43,314 nucleotides of DNA from the IMG/VR virus record IMGVR_UViG_2713897325_000001, positions 1-43,314 of that record; one strand, given 5' to 3'. Every line of letters begins with the position of its first letter. Position 1 is the stretch's first letter. Origin of the DNA: a virus. Position numbers and translations under genes: made by a program. Under the pieces are notes generated by a model, which was not told the DNA's origin, ran no database searches, and saw only the letters and a program-made list of their open reading frames with translations. This document shows positions 1-8,100 of the stretch, piece by piece.

Positions 1-276
1 GTGGCCAAGGGCTTTGTAAAGGTCCTTGCGGATCTGCAGAGCGCTGGATTTGTGGACGGTCGCAGTCATGCCGAGCGAATGCTCGATCTGATCGAGGCTG
101 CGCTCGAAAAGCGTATTCCCAAGGATCAGCAGAGTTACGAAATTGACGGCATGCGCCTCGACCGTATTCCGATCGAGCGTCTCGAGGCCCTGCGCACGCG
201 TTACCGCCGAGAGGTGGCCAGCGCCAGACGTAAGGGCTCGCCGTTCGGTCGCTATATTCGCGTGAGGTTACGGTAA
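1..276 (+). CDS. gpW-like head-tail joining (head completion) protein, possibly 5'-truncated by the window edge
   Basis: Stop TAA 274-276 overlaps the portal ATG (TAATG). The segment SYEIDGMRLDRIPIERLEALRTRYRRE plus the basic tail fits the lambda gpW family pattern. It lies directly upstream of a lambda-family portal, as W-B does in lambda. The ORF begins at base 1 (GTG), so the true start is uncertain. Confidence 0.6.
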   Translation: MAKGFVKVLADLQSAGFVDGRSHAERMLDLIEAALEKRIPKDQQSYEIDGMRLDRIPIERLEALRTRYRREVASARRKGSPFGRYIRVRLR

Positions 277-1817
277 TGGGGTTTTTCAGTGCTTTGCTGG
301 GCCTGCGCGTGCGGCCTGCGGCTGCAGCGCCGCGCGCAGAGCCAGCCCTTGGCCTTGACGTCGCGGCTTCACCTGGTCGGCAACGATCGTTTCAGATGGC
401 ACGCCACGGGCGGTTAACGTCGAGCTGGACGGGCCGCACCGCTTACGGTGATGCAAACCAACAGATTTACGCTGACCACGTTGCATTGACGGCCAGAGCT
501 CGCGAGCAGTCGATTAACAACGGCTACGCCAAGCGTTTTTACCGCCTGCTAAAGCAGAACATCGTCGGTTCGAAGGGCGTTCAGCTCATGTCGAAAGCCG
601 TATTGCCTGACGGCAAGCCTGACAGGGCGACCCGTCGCCTGATCGAGCTCGAGTTCTGGAAGTGGTGCAAGCGCGGCAATTGCGACGTGACGAGAAAGCT
701 GTCGTTCTGGATGTTCCAGCGGTTATGGGTCGAGACTTTGGCCCGTGACGGTGAGGTCATGGTCAGGATCGTTCGCAACTTTCCGAACCGCTGGGGGTTT
801 GCGCTGCAGATCCTTGAGGTTGATCGGCTCGACATTACGCTCAATCAAGAGCTGAGCAATGGCAATCGGGTGCGGATGGGTGTCGAGTTCGATGCCTGGG
901 AGGCGCCTGTCGCTTACTGGCTGCTCAAGGCCCATCCGGGCGACGTCTGGCAGAGCCGCGCGGAAGAAAAATACGACCGCATTCCGGTCGGGGAATTGCG
1001 CCATAGTTTCGACCCTTGGCGCCCGCATCAGGCTCGGGGGTTCACTTGGACGCACGCCTCGGCGCTGGAGCTGCATCACCTGGGCGAATACCGCAATTCT
1101 GAAATGGTTGCGGCCGAGCAGGGCGCGAAGATTACCGGCGTTTACGAGCAGGATGCAGAGTTCGTCGAAGACCCCGGCGCTGACGGGGATGACGGCGAGC
1201 TCGACGAAGTCGTCGAGGCTGGTAGCAACAAGCTGTTGCCCTACGGCGTCAAGTGGAAGCCTTACACCAACACGCACCCATCATCGAACTTTGCGCCGTT
1301 TACGAAGGCTGGTCTGCGCGGCGTAGCTGCCGGTTTCGGGCCTAGTTACAACAAGCTTGCGCACGATCTTGAGGGCGTCAGCTTCTCGTCGATGCGTTCA
1401 GGCGAGCTCGACGATCGCGACTTCTACAAGGACGGTCAGCAACTTCTGATCGATGAGCTGCTCGAGCTCGTCGGGGAAACCTGGCTCGATATGGCGCTGC
1501 TCAAGGGAGTGATCAAGCTTCCGCCGCGCAACTTCCATCTGTACGGCGACCTTGAATGGGCGCCCCGCGGTTGGGACTGGGTGGACCCGACAAAGGACTC
1601 CAAAGCGGCAACAGAGTCGATTGCCAACCGCACCAAAACGCGCGGCGACTACATCCGGCAGACCGGCCGAGATCCCGACGAGGTATTTGCCGAAATGGCA
1701 GAGGAAGAGGCGCGCTTGCGCGAACTCGGCCTGTCGTTCAACGCACCTCCGACGGTCGCGCAAGCCCAGCCCCAAACGGACGAAAAAGATGACGATAAAG
1801 ACGAAGACGCCGACTGA
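276..1817 (+). CDS. Phage portal protein, lambda (gpB) family
   Basis: 513-aa ORF with the size, position and sequence pattern of lambda-family portals (REQSINNGYAKRFYRLLKQNIVGSKG...) and an acidic C-terminal tail. It is followed by a protease-capsid gene. Confidence 0.88.
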   Translation: MGFFSALLGLRVRPAAAAPRAEPALGLDVAASPGRQRSFQMARHGRLTSSWTGRTAYGDANQQIYADHVALTARAREQSINNGYAKRFYRLLKQNIVGSKGVQLMSKAVLPDGKPDRATRRLIELEFWKWCKRGNCDVTRKLSFWMFQRLWVETLARDGEVMVRIVRNFPNRWGFALQILEVDRLDITLNQELSNGNRVRMGVEFDAWEAPVAYWLLKAHPGDVWQSRAEEKYDRIPVGELRHSFDPWRPHQARGFTWTHASALELHHLGEYRNSEMVAAEQGAKITGVYEQDAEFVEDPGADGDDGELDEVVEAGSNKLLPYGVKWKPYTNTHPSSNFAPFTKAGLRGVAAGFGPSYNKLAHDLEGVSFSSMRSGELDDRDFYKDGQQLLIDELLELVGETWLDMALLKGVIKLPPRNFHLYGDLEWAPRGWDWVDPTKDSKAATESIANRTKTRGDYIRQTGRDPDEVFAEMAEEEARLRELGLSFNAPPTVAQAQPQTDEKDDDKDEDAD

Positions 1818-3648
1818 CCCGGCGCCTGACTTCCTGCGCGAGATCGGAGGAAAAACCCTGCAGCGTGCAATGGCCGTGGACCTCTCGACACTCAATGTCG
1901 AGGCCCGGACTGTTGAGGTTGCGGTTTCCAGCGAATACCCGGTCAGGCGCTGGTTCGGTATGGAGATCCTCGACCACTCGACAGAGTCGGTAATGCTGGA
2001 TCGCCTCAACTCTGGCGCACCGCTGCTCGACATGCACGACCGTTGGGGTCAGATCGGCGTTGTAGAAAGGGCCTGGCTCGACGATGACCGAAAGTTGCGT
2101 GCCCTTGTGCGCTTCTCCAAGGGTCAAGGCGCCAGTGAGGTTTGGGAGGACGTTGTCGACGGTATTCGCAGGAATATCTCAGTCGGCTATGACCCTCAGG
2201 ACGCCCAGCTCGAGCGCACCGAGGGTGATCTCAAGTACTACCGCATCACCCGGTGGGAGCCCTGCGAGGTTTCCATCGTTTCAATCCCGGCTGACCCGAC
2301 TGTCGGGGTGGGCCGCTCTTTACCCGAAAACATTGTGAGCGAGCCCGCTCTTCAAGGACCTGTAATGTCGAAAGAAAACACCACTGTTGTACCTGATGCT
2401 GCAGTAATCATCGCCGCCGAACGTCAGCGCTCGGCGGACATCATGTCGCTTTGCGAGCGTCACGGCGTTGCACCGCTGGCTCAGTCCTCGATCAATGAGG
2501 GTCTGACTGTTGATCAGGTGCGCGCCAAGATCCTCGACGGTATCAACCCGAGCGCGACCCCGCGCGGCCCTGAAAACGAGCAGCGTAGCGGCGACCTGCC
2601 AAAATTCACCATTGACGTGTCTGCGCGTGGCCTGGGCTTGAACGCGAAAGAACAAGGCAGTTATTCGTTGATGCGAGCGCTCAATGCGTCCGCCAATGGT
2701 GACTGGAAAGACGCGGGCCTCGAGCGCGAGGTGTCGATCGCCATCGCCACTAGCCTGGGCAAGGAAGCGCGCGGCATCTATGTGCCTCATGACTTGCTCG
2801 CCCAGCGCGCAGGCATGACAAACACGCCTGGTGCAGGTGCAGAGCTGGTTTCTACCGATCTGCGCACCGATCAGTTCGTCGACATGGTTCGTAATAAGGC
2901 GGTGTTCGGCGCATTGGGTGCTCGCATCTTGGGCGGCCTGCAGGGCGACGTCGATATCCCGAAGAAAGTGGCTGGCGCCAATTTCTACTGGATCGCTGAA
3001 AACGGTACGGTCCAGCTCTCGAAAATGGACCTGACCACGCTGAACCTGAAAAACCGCACCATTGCCGGCGCGATTCCGGTGTCTCGCAAGCTGCGCAAGC
3101 AAAGTTCGATGAGCATCGAGCAGTTGATCGTTTCTGACCTGGTCAACGGTATCGCGGTTGCGCTCGACTACGCCGGCCTGTACGGCACTGGTGAGGATAA
3201 CCAGCCGCTGGGTCTGTTCAATCAGACAGGCGTGCCTGCGATTCCATACGGCGCATCGGGTATCACCTTCGGCGAACTGGTCGACATGGAAACGAAGGTT
3301 GCGACCTTCAATGCCGACGTCGGTGCGCTCAAGTACCTGACCAGCGTTACCCAGCGCGGCTATGCGAAAAAGACCAAGGAAGACCCGGACGGCGCGGACT
3401 CCACGAAAATCTGGCTGCGCAACGAGGTCAACGGCGCACCGGCTCTGGCATCCAATCAGGTCAAGGATGGTCAGTGGGCTTTCGGCGACTGGTCGCAAGC
3501 CATGATCGGCATGTGGGGTGCGCTGGATCTCAAGCCCGACCCTTACGCGATGGCTGATAGCGACGGCCTGGTCGTTCGTGTGTTCCAGGACGCTGACTTC
3601 GGTTTCCGTAACCTGAGCAGCTTCTGCATCGCCCGTAAAACCGGTTAA
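1789..3648 (+). CDS. Prohead protease (HK97/S78-like) fused to HK97-fold major capsid protein
   Basis: The open frame runs 1552..3648. I chose ATG 1789 (MTIKTKTP...) because it overlaps the portal end by only 29 nt. The N-terminal ~190 aa (RTVEVAVSSEYPVRRW...ISVGY...CEVSIVSIPADP) looks like an HK97-family prohead protease. The C-terminal ~400 aa (YSLMRAL...GAELVSTDL...IPVSRKL...LDYAGLYGTG) looks like an HK97-family major capsid protein. An in-frame internal ATG at 2365 carries an AAGGA Shine-Dalgarno. Confidence 0.8.
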   Translation: MTIKTKTPTDPAPDFLREIGGKTLQRAMAVDLSTLNVEARTVEVAVSSEYPVRRWFGMEILDHSTESVMLDRLNSGAPLLDMHDRWGQIGVVERAWLDDDRKLRALVRFSKGQGASEVWEDVVDGIRRNISVGYDPQDAQLERTEGDLKYYRITRWEPCEVSIVSIPADPTVGVGRSLPENIVSEPALQGPVMSKENTTVVPDAAVIIAAERQRSADIMSLCERHGVAPLAQSSINEGLTVDQVRAKILDGINPSATPRGPENEQRSGDLPKFTIDVSARGLGLNAKEQGSYSLMRALNASANGDWKDAGLEREVSIAIATSLGKEARGIYVPHDLLAQRAGMTNTPGAGAELVSTDLRTDQFVDMVRNKAVFGALGARILGGLQGDVDIPKKVAGANFYWIAENGTVQLSKMDLTTLNLKNRTIAGAIPVSRKLRKQSSMSIEQLIVSDLVNGIAVALDYAGLYGTGEDNQPLGLFNQTGVPAIPYGASGITFGELVDMETKVATFNADVGALKYLTSVTQRGYAKKTKEDPDGADSTKIWLRNEVNGAPALASNQVKDGQWAFGDWSQAMIGMWGALDLKPDPYAMADSDGLVVRVFQDADFGFRNLSSFCIARKTG

Positions 3649-3672
3649 AGCGAACCTTAGCGGGCAGGTGCT

Positions 3673-3696
3673 GGGGGCTTAGGCCCCCTTTTTTAT
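3673..3696 (+). terminator. Rho-independent terminator after the capsid gene
   Basis: GGGGGC-ttag-GCCCCC stem-loop followed by TTTTTTATT. Confidence 0.75.
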
Positions 3697-3719
3697 TCAC
3701 TAAATTCTGAGGTGATCAG

Positions 3720-4154
3720 ATGAGCGATTTGGTTTTGGCAGTGGGGTTTTTAGTCGTAGCCCTGCATGAATTCTGGCGCAAGGGTGAGGCCGATGCTGTG
3801 TCGGTCGGTGAGATTATCGAGGTCACTCGCGCCGAGCGTAACAGTCTTGTTTCGAGCCACGTTGCCCGTGACGCGACCGACGCTGAGATCGCCGAGTTTC
3901 GCGGTACTCCATTGCCTGACGAGGTGTTGCCCGATGCAGGCGAAGCAATTGCAGCCCTCGAGACTGCGCAAGCCGAACTCAAGGCGGTGGAAACTGAGCG
4001 CGATACGCTGCAGGGTCAGGTTCAGTCGCTCACTGCCGAAAAGGACGACTTGAGCAAGGCGGTCAGCGAATTCAGCGATGAAATCGACAATCTCAAGGCT
4101 GCAAACGCCGTCCAGGCGAAAGCGCTCGAGGCCAAGAAAGCAGCCGCGAAATGA
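3720..4154 (+). CDS. Hypothetical protein with a hydrophobic N-terminus and a long coiled-coil
   Basis: GAGGTG Shine-Dalgarno about 6 nt upstream of the ATG. 144 aa: N-terminal LVLAVGFLVVAL, then heptad-like AELKAVETERDTLQGQVQSLTAEKDDL and an Ala/Lys-rich tail. Stop overlaps the next start (ATGA). Confidence 0.6.
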   Translation: MSDLVLAVGFLVVALHEFWRKGEADAVSVGEIIEVTRAERNSLVSSHVARDATDAEIAEFRGTPLPDEVLPDAGEAIAALETAQAELKAVETERDTLQGQVQSLTAEKDDLSKAVSEFSDEIDNLKAANAVQAKALEAKKAAAK

Positions 4155-4534
4155 TCGGTGACGACGACTTCGAGTCGTTCTATGACCCTGACGAATTCGG
4201 CGGGGTTGTGACCGTTCATGAGCAGGGGAAGGCGCCGCGCGACGTGCCTGGCATCTTCGGCAAGCCTGTGGCCCGTGGTGGTGTGTTCCGGGCAGGTATC
4301 GACCCTGGCGCTGCTCAGGTGCGTGCTGCGCCGGATCAGTTGCAGTTTCAAATGGCGAACAGTTCCGTGCCTAAGCCGTTCCTGTCGGTCAAGGTGGTGG
4401 CCAACGGAAAGGCCTATCTGATAGCAGACGTTGAGCCTCTCGGCCGGTTTCGGTCGTTGGTCACGATGACGCCGGACGGCGGTCGGGCCGGCTCCGATAG
4501 TGGGGAGCTCGGGAAATGGGCGGTTTTGAGCTGA
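4151..4534 (+). CDS. Head-tail joining protein, lambda FII-like
   Basis: 127 aa. The pattern FESFYDPDEFG..VTV...G...DVPGIFGKP.......P.......D.......V..NGKAYLIADVEP.G....LV parallels lambda gpFII. It sits between the capsid gene and a Z-like gene, as in lambda. Confidence 0.55.
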   Translation: MIGDDDFESFYDPDEFGGVVTVHEQGKAPRDVPGIFGKPVARGGVFRAGIDPGAAQVRAAPDQLQFQMANSSVPKPFLSVKVVANGKAYLIADVEPLGRFRSLVTMTPDGGRAGSDSGELGKWAVLS

Positions 4535-5040
4535 GGTTTCCAACCAGTGGCTGGGCAGAAGTTGAGGCAATGGTTGCCAAGGCCCCAAAGCTGCTGGATC
4601 TGGCGGCAGCCAGGGCGCTACGCAAAACAGCGCAATGGTTGCGGACTCACAGCTCGCGCGAGATCGCGAAAGAGTTGAAGATCACGCAAAGCCCGCTGCG
4701 CCATCGCTACAACGTTTACAGCCAATCCACGGCCGGCGAGGTAAAGCTCTGGGTAGGTTTGCAGCCGCTTAGTGTTCACTGGCTCGGCAAGCCTAAAGCA
4801 ACCTCGACCGGCGTCTCGGTTGGCCATCGCGAATACGCCGACGCGTTTATCTCGCCAATGAAGACCAAGCATCAGCTCGTTTTTCGGCGCAAAGGGCGCG
4901 AGCGACTTCCTGTCGAGCTGGTTCGTGAGGACTGGGCCGACGAGGGTATCGGCGCGCTTGAGCGCTGGGAAAAGCGTGCGATGCAGCGTTTCGTCGAAAT
5001 TTTTGAAAGTGAGGCTTCGAATGTCTTTGCGTCCGCTTGA
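4516..5040 (+). CDS. Tail completion protein, lambda gpZ-like (minor tail Z family)
   Basis: 174 aa. The layout AAARALRKTAQWLRTHSSREIAKELKI...VKLWVGLQPLSV..LGK...GVSVG...ADAFI...VFRRKGRERLPVELV parallels lambda gpZ. The gene order FII-Z is conserved. Confidence 0.5.
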   Translation: MGGFELRFPTSGWAEVEAMVAKAPKLLDLAAARALRKTAQWLRTHSSREIAKELKITQSPLRHRYNVYSQSTAGEVKLWVGLQPLSVHWLGKPKATSTGVSVGHREYADAFISPMKTKHQLVFRRKGRERLPVELVREDWADEGIGALERWEKRAMQRFVEIFESEASNVFASA

Positions 5041-5530
5041 TAAGGTTTCAGACCTGTTTTTTGCGATCGGTGATGCGATACAGGCTGCGCGCCTTGGTGT
5101 TTCAGTGGGCAACTACGACGACTTCGAGGGCTTGATCGGTGATGCGCAGGTGCTGATCGAGTTTGAACGCACCTCGCCGGGTTCGCGCAACAACGACGGC
5201 AAGCTTGTACACACCGTTACCGTGACGCTGCATGCAGTGGTGTCGCGGGCGCGCAAGTTTTCCTCTATCGAGGCTGCCAACTTGACCACTGTCCTCGAGC
5301 GCCTGGCCACCGATAACCGCTGGGGTTTCGGTCGGCATGCGGATATCCCGCAAAACATGCGCTCGGGGCCTTCGATTTTTCAGAGAGGCGCAAAGGGGTA
5401 CGACGCTTGGGGCTGCACTTTCGTGCAAAGCCTGGCTATCGGTCCTGAACGCCCTATGCCTGACCCTGGCACCGGCCGTCGTCCGCCTGTGGGCGATGAC
5501 GAGCCTATGATCTGGCAGGTTAACCCGTAG
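5021..5530 (+). CDS. Hypothetical virion (neck or tail-completion) protein
   Basis: The open frame starts at 4925. I chose ATG 5021 (MSLRPLDK...) because it overlaps the previous gene by only 20 nt. It is co-oriented within the morphogenesis operon. No family was recognised. Confidence 0.55.
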   Translation: MSLRPLDKVSDLFFAIGDAIQAARLGVSVGNYDDFEGLIGDAQVLIEFERTSPGSRNNDGKLVHTVTVTLHAVVSRARKFSSIEAANLTTVLERLATDNRWGFGRHADIPQNMRSGPSIFQRGAKGYDAWGCTFVQSLAIGPERPMPDPGTGRRPPVGDDEPMIWQVNP

Positions 5531-5538
5531 GAGCGCCC

Positions 5539-6159
5539 ATGTTTCTCGCATTCGTTCGCAACATGCTCGAGCCGTATCGTGAGCAGCTCGCGGCGCTTGA
5601 AACGGCCGTCGATGATCTGCGGCGCCGCGCCGAAAATCAGGGTCGCATGGGGGTGGTTCATGAGGTCGACGCACCTGGTGGCCTGGTCAAGATCAAGCAC
5701 GGCGACAATGTGACGCCGTGGATCAAGGTCATGCAGCCAGCGTCGGGCGACATTCGCGAAACGCGCGTGCCTACGGTTGGCGAGCAATCGCTTCTGGTGA
5801 ACTACGGCGGCGGGGATGGCAGCGCGCACTCGATCGCGCTTTGCGGCCTCGCCTCAAATACGTTCCCCCCGGTGTCTGATCGTGCCGAGCTGCATCGACG
5901 GGTTTACCCGGACGGGACCGAGCAGAGTTATGACCACGCAAGCCACGCCCTGGACTGGAAAAACGGCCCGACGACCGTGAAGGCGGATCAGTCGAGCATC
6001 GAGCTGATGTGCGGTGCGTCTGGCATCAAGATCGACGCTGCAGGCGTTCAACTGATCGGCCTGAAAGTCAGGCACAACGATGTCAGCATCGGCCTTGATC
6101 ACACGCATGACGACACGGCTCCGCTGGCGGGCGCCAAGTCAGGGTTGGTGACGCCGTGA
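5539..6159 (+). CDS. Baseplate assembly protein V (P2 gpV-like spike/hub)
   Basis: AGGAGC Shine-Dalgarno. Contains RMGVVHEVDAPGGLVKIKHGDNVTPWIKVMQPASGDIRETRVPTVGEQSLLVNYGGGD, typical of the gpV family. Followed by W, J and I homologues in P2 order. Confidence 0.88.
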   Translation: MFLAFVRNMLEPYREQLAALETAVDDLRRRAENQGRMGVVHEVDAPGGLVKIKHGDNVTPWIKVMQPASGDIRETRVPTVGEQSLLVNYGGGDGSAHSIALCGLASNTFPPVSDRAELHRRVYPDGTEQSYDHASHALDWKNGPTTVKADQSSIELMCGASGIKIDAAGVQLIGLKVRHNDVSIGLDHTHDDTAPLAGAKSGLVTP

Positions 6160-6488
6160 TCGGCATCAATGGAAGCACTTTTGAGACGGTGGACGATTGG
6201 GGCCAGTTCGTGCAGCGCGCCGCACGGGCGCTGACAACCCCGATCGGCACCCGTCAGAAACGGCCGCTGTATGGCTGCAAGGCCACGACACGGCTCTCGG
6301 CCAATATGAACGACTCGCTGCTGATCCTTATTCAATCGGACTGCGCCGAGGCGTTTTACAACGCTGCCAATGGTATTGACGACTTTGTGCCTGGAACCGT
6401 GCTCGCCCAGCGAGGCGAACAGGGCGTCGTCGTTCGCCTGGCCGGTGTTTGGAATAACCGCAAAATGACCTTTGAGGTGCAGTTGTGA
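6156..6488 (+). CDS. Baseplate protein W (P2 gpW / T4 gp25 family)
   Basis: 110 aa. The pattern VQRAARALTTPIGTRQKRPLYGC fits GPW/gp25. Start and stop are both coupled to neighbouring genes. Confidence 0.85.
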   Translation: MIGINGSTFETVDDWGQFVQRAARALTTPIGTRQKRPLYGCKATTRLSANMNDSLLILIQSDCAEAFYNAANGIDDFVPGTVLAQRGEQGVVVRLAGVWNNRKMTFEVQL

Positions 6489-7483
6489 CAACCATGCTCA
6501 TACCTGGCCTCAATCAATTGGCCGAGCCTGAAATCGTTAAGGTTGAGGATTACGAGGCGCTGCTCGCTGAATTCAAGGCTGAGCTCGTTTCGTATGTTCA
6601 GCCCCGTGATCCAGAAATGGCGGCCCGTGTCGCTGTTGCCATCGAAAACAGTAGCGAGCTCGCTACGTTGATGATGGAAGTGTTCACCGTTCGCCTGCAG
6701 ACGCACGAACGTAAATACAACACCCGCATAAAGCAAATGCTTGCATGGTGGGCAACCGGCTCGAACCTCGGCGCGCGAGCTGCAGACATGGGCCTCGAGC
6801 GCAGGGTCATATCAGAAGGCGACCCGAGCGCGTTCCCGGTTGTTCCGCCCGTCGAGGAAAGCGACGAAGAGTTACGGTTGCGTTACTACATTGCGCCCCA
6901 TGCGCCGGCAGCAGGTTCTCGCCTGCAGTACCGGCGCGAGGCGCTGACGCTCGGTGAGCGCGCTACGGTGTCCGTTGAGGCGCCAGAGCCCGGAAAAGTC
7001 GTGGTGACGTACACGTTCGGATCTGATGCGTTCGCGGCCAAGGTCAAGGACGCAAACGGTCGTCGAACTGGACCGGGGCAGGTGGCCGTAACGGTCCTCG
7101 GCCGCGAAGGGGACGGCACGCCGAGCGAGGATCTGCTCAATGCAACCCGCGCGCACTTTGCCCGCGACGACGTAAGGCCTGAGACGGATCTCGTTACGGT
7201 GCAGGGCGCGCAGATCGTGCGCTACAAGATCCGGGCTATTGCCTACATCAATGCCGGGCCTGACTCAGGCCTGACAAAGACGGCTGCAGAGGCCGCCATG
7301 CGCGCCTACGCGACGTCACGACACCGACTTGAGGGCTACGTCGATCCGGCATGGATTGACGCAGGACTGATCTCTGCCGGGGCCGAGCGCCTTACCCGGA
7401 TCGAGCCTTTGGCGCCGATTGAGTGTGCAGCGCATCAGGCGCCGTACTGTGAGTCTGTCGAGGTCGAGGTTAGGGTCTTATGA
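6485..7483 (+). CDS. Baseplate protein J (P2 gpJ family)
   Basis: 332 aa with a Baseplate_J-like sequence, in the P2 order V-W-J-I. Start and stop overlap the neighbouring genes. Confidence 0.85.
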   Translation: MTTMLIPGLNQLAEPEIVKVEDYEALLAEFKAELVSYVQPRDPEMAARVAVAIENSSELATLMMEVFTVRLQTHERKYNTRIKQMLAWWATGSNLGARAADMGLERRVISEGDPSAFPVVPPVEESDEELRLRYYIAPHAPAAGSRLQYRREALTLGERATVSVEAPEPGKVVVTYTFGSDAFAAKVKDANGRRTGPGQVAVTVLGREGDGTPSEDLLNATRAHFARDDVRPETDLVTVQGAQIVRYKIRAIAYINAGPDSGLTKTAAEAAMRAYATSRHRLEGYVDPAWIDAGLISAGAERLTRIEPLAPIECAAHQAPYCESVEVEVRVL

Positions 7484-8100
7484 CTGATTACACGGTGCTG
7501 CCGCCAAATGCTTCTGTCGTGGAGCGCGGCCTCGATCTGGCGTTTGGCAGGCTGCTCGACCGGATAGAGCCGCCGTTCCCCGATCTGATGGACCCACTTA
7601 AAACCCCGGTTGATTTTCTGCCCTACCTGGCTGCTGATCGCGGCGTAACGGAATGGAATAGCGCGGCGCCCGAGGCTGAGAAGCGGCTCACGGTCGCGCT
7701 GGCCTGGCCGACCAAGCGCCTGGCCGGCACGCGCAGGGCGCTCGAGAACGCGATTCTTGGGTTGCAACTGACGCCCGATGTAACCGCCTGGTATGAGCAG
7801 ACGCCCCTCGGTCAGCCGTACACATTTACCGTTCGTGCGTTCGCCGATAAGCCGTACAGCGAAGAGATCAACGCGCGGCTTGATCGGCGGATTGGTGAGG
7901 CGAAAAGCGAAAGGGACGTGCTTGCGGTTTCAATCGGTTTAAGCGTCTCCGGGACTCATTACGTAGGCGCCGCGACGGTAGGCGGCGAGCTAACCACAAT
8001 CTATCCGTTTGAGCTTGAAGGGCTCGATGTGTCGTCGCCTCTGTACATGGCTGCTGGCCTGTATTCGGTTGAAAAGACAACCCTTCGTCCGCTGGAGTGA
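7480..8100 (+). CDS. Tail protein I (P2 gpI family)
   Basis: The N-terminus VLPPNASVVERGLDLAFGRLL...LMDPLKTPVDFLPYLAADRGV..W matches the P2 gpI signature. Confidence 0.85.
   Translation: MTDYTVLPPNASVVERGLDLAFGRLLDRIEPPFPDLMDPLKTPVDFLPYLAADRGVTEWNSAAPEAEKRLTVALAWPTKRLAGTRRALENAILGLQLTPDVTAWYEQTPLGQPYTFTVRAFADKPYSEEINARLDRRIGEAKSERDVLAVSIGLSVSGTHYVGAATVGGELTTIYPFELEGLDVSSPLYMAAGLYSVEKTTLRPLE

Noticed and set aside
1552-1788. N-terminal 79-aa extension of the protease-capsid ORF (track start 1552)
   Set aside because: It would overlap the portal gene by 266 nt and encodes an Arg/Lys/Pro-rich junk-like peptide. ATG 1789 gives a normal short overlap.
2320-3498. 392-aa ORF on the - strand (mirror 39817..40995 +)
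   Set aside because: It is antisense to the major capsid coding region. It is a GC-rich shadow ORF with no independent support.
4925-5020. Longer start for the 5021..5530 gene
   Set aside because: It would overlap the gpZ-like gene by 116 nt with an Arg/Ser-rich junk-like leader. ATG 5021 fits the operon's short-overlap pattern.
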